Assembly (NCBI GenBank): GCA_002633005.1
Contig: NMRA01000319.1
Coordinates: 449,513 to 513,512, forward strand
Source of the DNA: Phoronis australis
Taxonomy: Eukaryota; Animalia; Phoronida
Reading direction: 5' to 3'
Length of the DNA: 64,000 nt
The translations under genes and the position numbers were made by a program. The stretch's first letter is position 1. Each line of letters starts with the position of its first letter. The notes beneath the pieces were generated by a model that saw only the letters and a program-made list of their open reading frames with translations, was not told where the DNA came from and made no database searches. Positions 59,966-64,000 of the stretch are shown here, piece after piece.

Positions 59966-60085
59966 TTTATTTATTTATTTTATTTATTTTATAACTGATG
60001 TATTTATTTGTCGGTGTACTAGCCTATGGCTAATGTTTTCTCGTTGTTTGACTAACCGACTATAAATAAAAATAAAAATAAAAAA
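59615..60085 (+). mobile_element. L2/CR1-clade LINE ORF2 3' fragment with 3' UTR and A-rich tail, copy 2
   Basis: Same peptide with an in-frame TAG; (CA)n, (TTTA)n, then AATAAAAATAAAAATAAAAAA. Confidence 0.65.
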
Positions 60086-60353
60086 CTCGCGTCAAACAGG
60101 AGGCGCGTTCCAAAGCGAGGCTCGCTGTGATAGCTTTGTTGCATGGCTTATCGGCGCAGTTGTATACCGCGTTGCTTGAACGGCCAGAAAAAGTACTGAC
60201 ACACAACTTTCTGTTTTACAATCTCTAGGGATGTTCAGATTCGGAAGCGTTGAGTCGTTGCCATACGCCGCGACGAATGAAAATATGTCAGTACAAAATT
60301 TATAAATGTTTTCGAAAAGATAGATCATATTTTTAGCATCTCGTTGCCGCCGG

Positions 60354-61152
60354 CCCATACGAAAATATTCAATAGGATCCTATAGGAGTTCCTATAGGAA
60401 TATCGTTTTCCCATAGGATCAAGATATCCTATAGATATTACTATTGAAAAAATCCTGTAGGAATTTAATCACAAATCTGACTTCTAAGCATTTTAACAAA
60501 CAAATAGCCTAAGAGTATATAGTAAAATATCGATTAGTTTTTATCTAATGTCAGCTCTCCCGAGTCATTAAGTTTTGTAAATTTTAATATTCAGGCGAGT
60601 CTTAATACATGTATGTTAATTGCTTCATAGAATACTATAGAACTTCCTATAGAATCCTATTGAACTGTCTACTGGATATATTCAAGTCTTATACGAATTC
60701 TTATAGGGTTTCTCATAGGATATCCTAAAGGATTTATATAGGCTTTCCTATTGGATGCTTTAGGACATATTATAGGATCCTATAGGAATCGTATAGGATT
60801 TCCTTCAAAAATCCTATAGGAAATCGTATAGGATACAATAGGAAATCCTGTAGAAAGTTCCTATAGGATTCCTTAAGAAATCCTATAGGATTCTTGTAGG
60901 AAATCCTATAGGATCCAATAGGAAATCCTATAGGATTCCTATAGGTAATCCTATAGAAAAAACCAATAGGATTCCTATAGGCTCCAATAGAAATCCTATA
61001 GGATCCTATTGGAATCCTATAGGCTGGTGGACCAAAATCCAATTGGATCTTATTGGATCCTACAGGATTTCCTATGGGAAATCGTATAGGAATTCGTATA
61101 GGATCTCCTATAGGAATCCAATAGGAAATCCTACTGGAATTTTTCGTAAGGG
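60354..61152. mobile_element. Non-autonomous CACTA/EnSpm-like element filled with palindromic TCCTATAGGA repeats
   Basis: TIRs CCCATACGAAAATATTC / GAATTTTTCGTAAGGG; GG on both flanks (2-bp TSD); dense subterminal repeats at 60370-60460 and 60630-61140. Confidence 0.75.
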
Positions 61153-62440
61153 GGAGCATCACAGCAACGACCGGACAATTTTCGGCCAGCCAGGCTGCTT
61201 TTTCAGGACTACGGGTTGCAACGAGATGCATTTTTCTTTCCAAAAAGCACAGAGCACTCAATCCCTCGAATTTTTGGGGCCGAATATCCTTATTCCCTTC
61301 TCAAAAATATTCAAAACCATGATAACGCGATGGCTTCCCACGAGGCCTAAAATTCCCCTAGAGTGATTGAAAATTTCTCCCTGAAGAAATATGATAACTA
61401 TGCTTGCTCTGTCCAGTTAACTGAAATTGAGCTCTAAAATGAGGTTATGCTTTGGACGAACGAATTAGGTATTTTAATTTTAAAATTCAACTTGGTCCAG
61501 ACTGATATTTGAAACCACATGAAATAGACGTAAGAATTATTAAAACCAAGTGAATGAGCTCCCCTAGACCAGAGGATTCCACTTTCTAGTTAACTAACAA
61601 AACGTCTCATCTGTCCGACTCAAAATTTTGTTCAACTACGACTAAGTCGTACTGGAGACCGTAGAGAGGGAGACAAACTATCAAGCGAAATTCCATTGGA
61701 CGGCCACTGGCGGCCACTGTTGTTTCACGGACAGTAGAAACGTCTAGCGGACGGGTGTGCAATAAACAAATATGTCAAGACATGACGGATCAAGTCGGTA
61801 AAAAGCAACGATGCTTTTTGAAATGCCTGCGTCTGCATCAACAGGTAATTGAAAATTCGTGACTTATGCTTTTTTACTCGCCTAGTGATTAAGATAGATG
61901 ATGTTCACGATTGAAACAAAGAATGCTTTTGTGTGAAACTGCTACCAGTCAACCAATGATGGACTGGGTGATTTGAACTTAATGTCTTTACTGTTTCCTG
62001 CATTTGATCGCTTATATAGAAAATTATCGTTCATTGTTTGCATGATTTTGGGAAATATTGATTAGTGTATTCTATGCCCATTGATTAGTTTCTTTCATTT
62101 CTTTCTGCAGTCTTAATACATTCAGATCTAAAAGATTATAATATTTACTATTACTACTTATTTACAAATTTTATTATTATTATATTATCATATATTTGTT
62201 TTATTTATTCTTTATTTTTATTATTTATTTTTATTTATCTATTCATTGTTTTTATTGATTCCCTGTTACTTATTTAAATTATTTCTCATGATCCCATATA
62301 GTTAACATTCTGGCCGTCGTTTGTCAATAATTTACATTATATAGTCATGATATGGACTTCAATGCATAATTAATATTAATTGTATGGTTCGGTAACATGC
62401 TTAATAATTTTCCATAGGAAGAGTCGAAGGAAGTGTCCTT

Positions 62441-62649
62441 TTAAAGGCATACTGAGCCTTATATCGGTGGGTACTTCGGTAGTATTTGTACTACCTTGGA
62501 AACCCCGTCACACTCAGTGACGATGTCGTTTGTACAGATTTTTGTTGACATGGGTCTCAAAACATCAAGTCAGGAAATAAGGCGTACTTATGTTATTTAC
62601 TTTGAAGTTGGTCATTTTTACCTGCCGATGCAGGCTGAATATGCCTTAA
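62441..62649. mobile_element. ~200-bp MITE with TTAA flanks (Kolobok-like)
   Basis: TTAA-AGGCATACTGAGCCT ... AGGCTGAATATGCC-TTAA (15-bp TIR, 2 mismatches). Confidence 0.6.
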
Positions 62650-63044
62650 CTTAGTGCTAATTTTTTATTTTAAAAAGTGTGAATGGTTTACGAGAGCTGT
62701 TACGCATCATAAAAACTACCTACCCTAAATGGACTGTGTATTCCATAGGCGTCTGGGCTAAGGGCATACAAGGCAGGTTTATTGGAATACAGGCAGGAAT
62801 TCCATCTCTTGCTGGTTTTCAGCCCCCTAACCCTATTGAATCCAGTTTCATTCAACACAACCCACCCCAATTCGCTACCCATTTCAGATACCATCAGGCA
62901 CGGATACTGGGGGTCCAGTGAATCAGTCCCAAATAGCGACTCCACTCTATTCCCTTAAAAATACTGCATATTTGTTTGGCGTTTTCTACTCTACTTTTTC
63001 GGGAACTCAAGATGAGTGTCTATTATTCTATGCTCGAACTGTTT

Positions 63045-63206
63045 ACCCAGTCGGAAATCAATGTCTCTTCAAGCCCTTTGCTTCCGTTGACTTGTTTTGG
63101 CACCACTTTTCTTGCTCCCCTTCTATGACATCAATTTGTTCTGTAATCAGTTCTGTGAGGAAACCATTTCCTCAGGAGAAAAGTGTTCTGACCTTCTTCT
63201 ACTCAT
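63045..63206 (-). pseudogene. Decayed Myb/SANT-like DNA-binding domain (Harbinger ORF2 / NAIF1-MSANTD type)
   Basis: With two frameshifts and a TGA at the expected Trp: MSRRRSEHFSPEEM/FLTELITEQIDVIEG/SKKSGAKTSQRKQRA*RDIDFRL. Confidence 0.55.
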
Positions 63207-63315
63207 TTTACTGATGACAGAGCCACCAGGAAAATACGTCTACACTGATTCTACATACAACTGTGTGCTGTCATTGAAACTCACGTGATCACAGTTCCAT
63301 TGAAGCATTTTATCA

Positions 63316-63545
63316 GCCGATTTCATAAAGGTGGTTTAACAAAACCAGGTTTAAGACTTAAACCTGGTCTTCATAAACCTGGTCAAATTTTAGACCTAAC
63401 TTGCATTTCACCAACATGGTTTAAGAGTCTGAAAATCTGGTTTTGTTAGATCAGGAAGCAGTTTTAAAGTATCAAAGTTACCCCACTGTGTCGAGCTGGG
63501 TAAACCCAACAAAGAAACTATTGAAGTGCTTCAATGAAACGTTGA
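63316..63545. mobile_element. Possible Harbinger-like MITE remnant
   Basis: Starts GCCGATTTCATAAAG; repeated or inverted AAACCAGGTTT / AAACCTGGT blocks; right end unclear. Confidence 0.35.
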
Positions 63546-64000
63546 TCACGTGGGTATACAATGGCATACACTAGTAGAGTCAGTGCAGACATTTACGAAA
63601 AGGTCTAAATGCTTTTCTCATGAGAAAAATGTCATTTCTGTGCCCAACACACACACATTAAAGAACATGATAAATGCCCAAATTTATTTCCGTGTAATTT
63701 TTGTGTTTATTTTTCGCGGCCAGGGGGGGGGGCAAGACCCGTCCCCGGCAACATTAAATCGGAGAACAGTGGAGGTGGAACTCAATCAGGGCGGGAGGGC
63801 GAGAGTGCGAGAGTGACTTTTATAGGGGGCCACAAAACGGCAATTGCCCAGTAGTCAGCTCCAATAATGGCCTTCCTCCGTAAAACCTCGTAATATGCAA
63901 TATAAATCGTAACAAGGTGTACACAAATGAGGGGACAAAACTTCAGACAAGTGCATCACCTGTCGGTGAGCATCAGACGCGATGCCCTGTTGGAAGACTG

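Noticed and set aside
60770-61366. 163-aa and 107-aa ORFs with repeating IPIG/SYR
   Set aside because: Translations of the palindromic TCCTATAGGA array

Overview
AT-rich eukaryotic (animal, most likely marine invertebrate; species cannot be fixed from sequence) genomic scaffold with two convergent, intron-rich genes that I reconstructed by hand from GT-AG sites and reading-frame continuity. (1) + strand: an srGAP (SLIT-ROBO Rho GAP; F-BAR, RhoGAP, SH3, long low-complexity tail). It has 18 coding exons from 5344 to 22826 (1049 aa), and its first coding exon lies upstream of the window. (2) - strand: a complete secreted DD3-3-family gene with 13 coding exons from 55476 to 30321 (660 aa) and a likely non-coding first exon/promoter near 57.1 kb. 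DD3-3 exons 3-5 are present twice either side of a single-N join, most likely two alleles assembled in tandem. The rest is intron, long 3' UTRs, minisatellites and small non-autonomous elements (hAT-, CACTA-, Harbinger- and Kolobok-like MITEs, an L2/CR1 LINE tail, a Myb/SANT relic). The most interesting leads are: DD3-3 appears to combine an LPMO-like N-terminal sandwich with a split cupredoxin-like C-terminal domain; an intronic minisatellite multiplies an srGAP splice acceptor; and a small TIR element carries CTCF-like motifs plus a tRNA-derived core. All three are hypotheses that need structural or RNA data.
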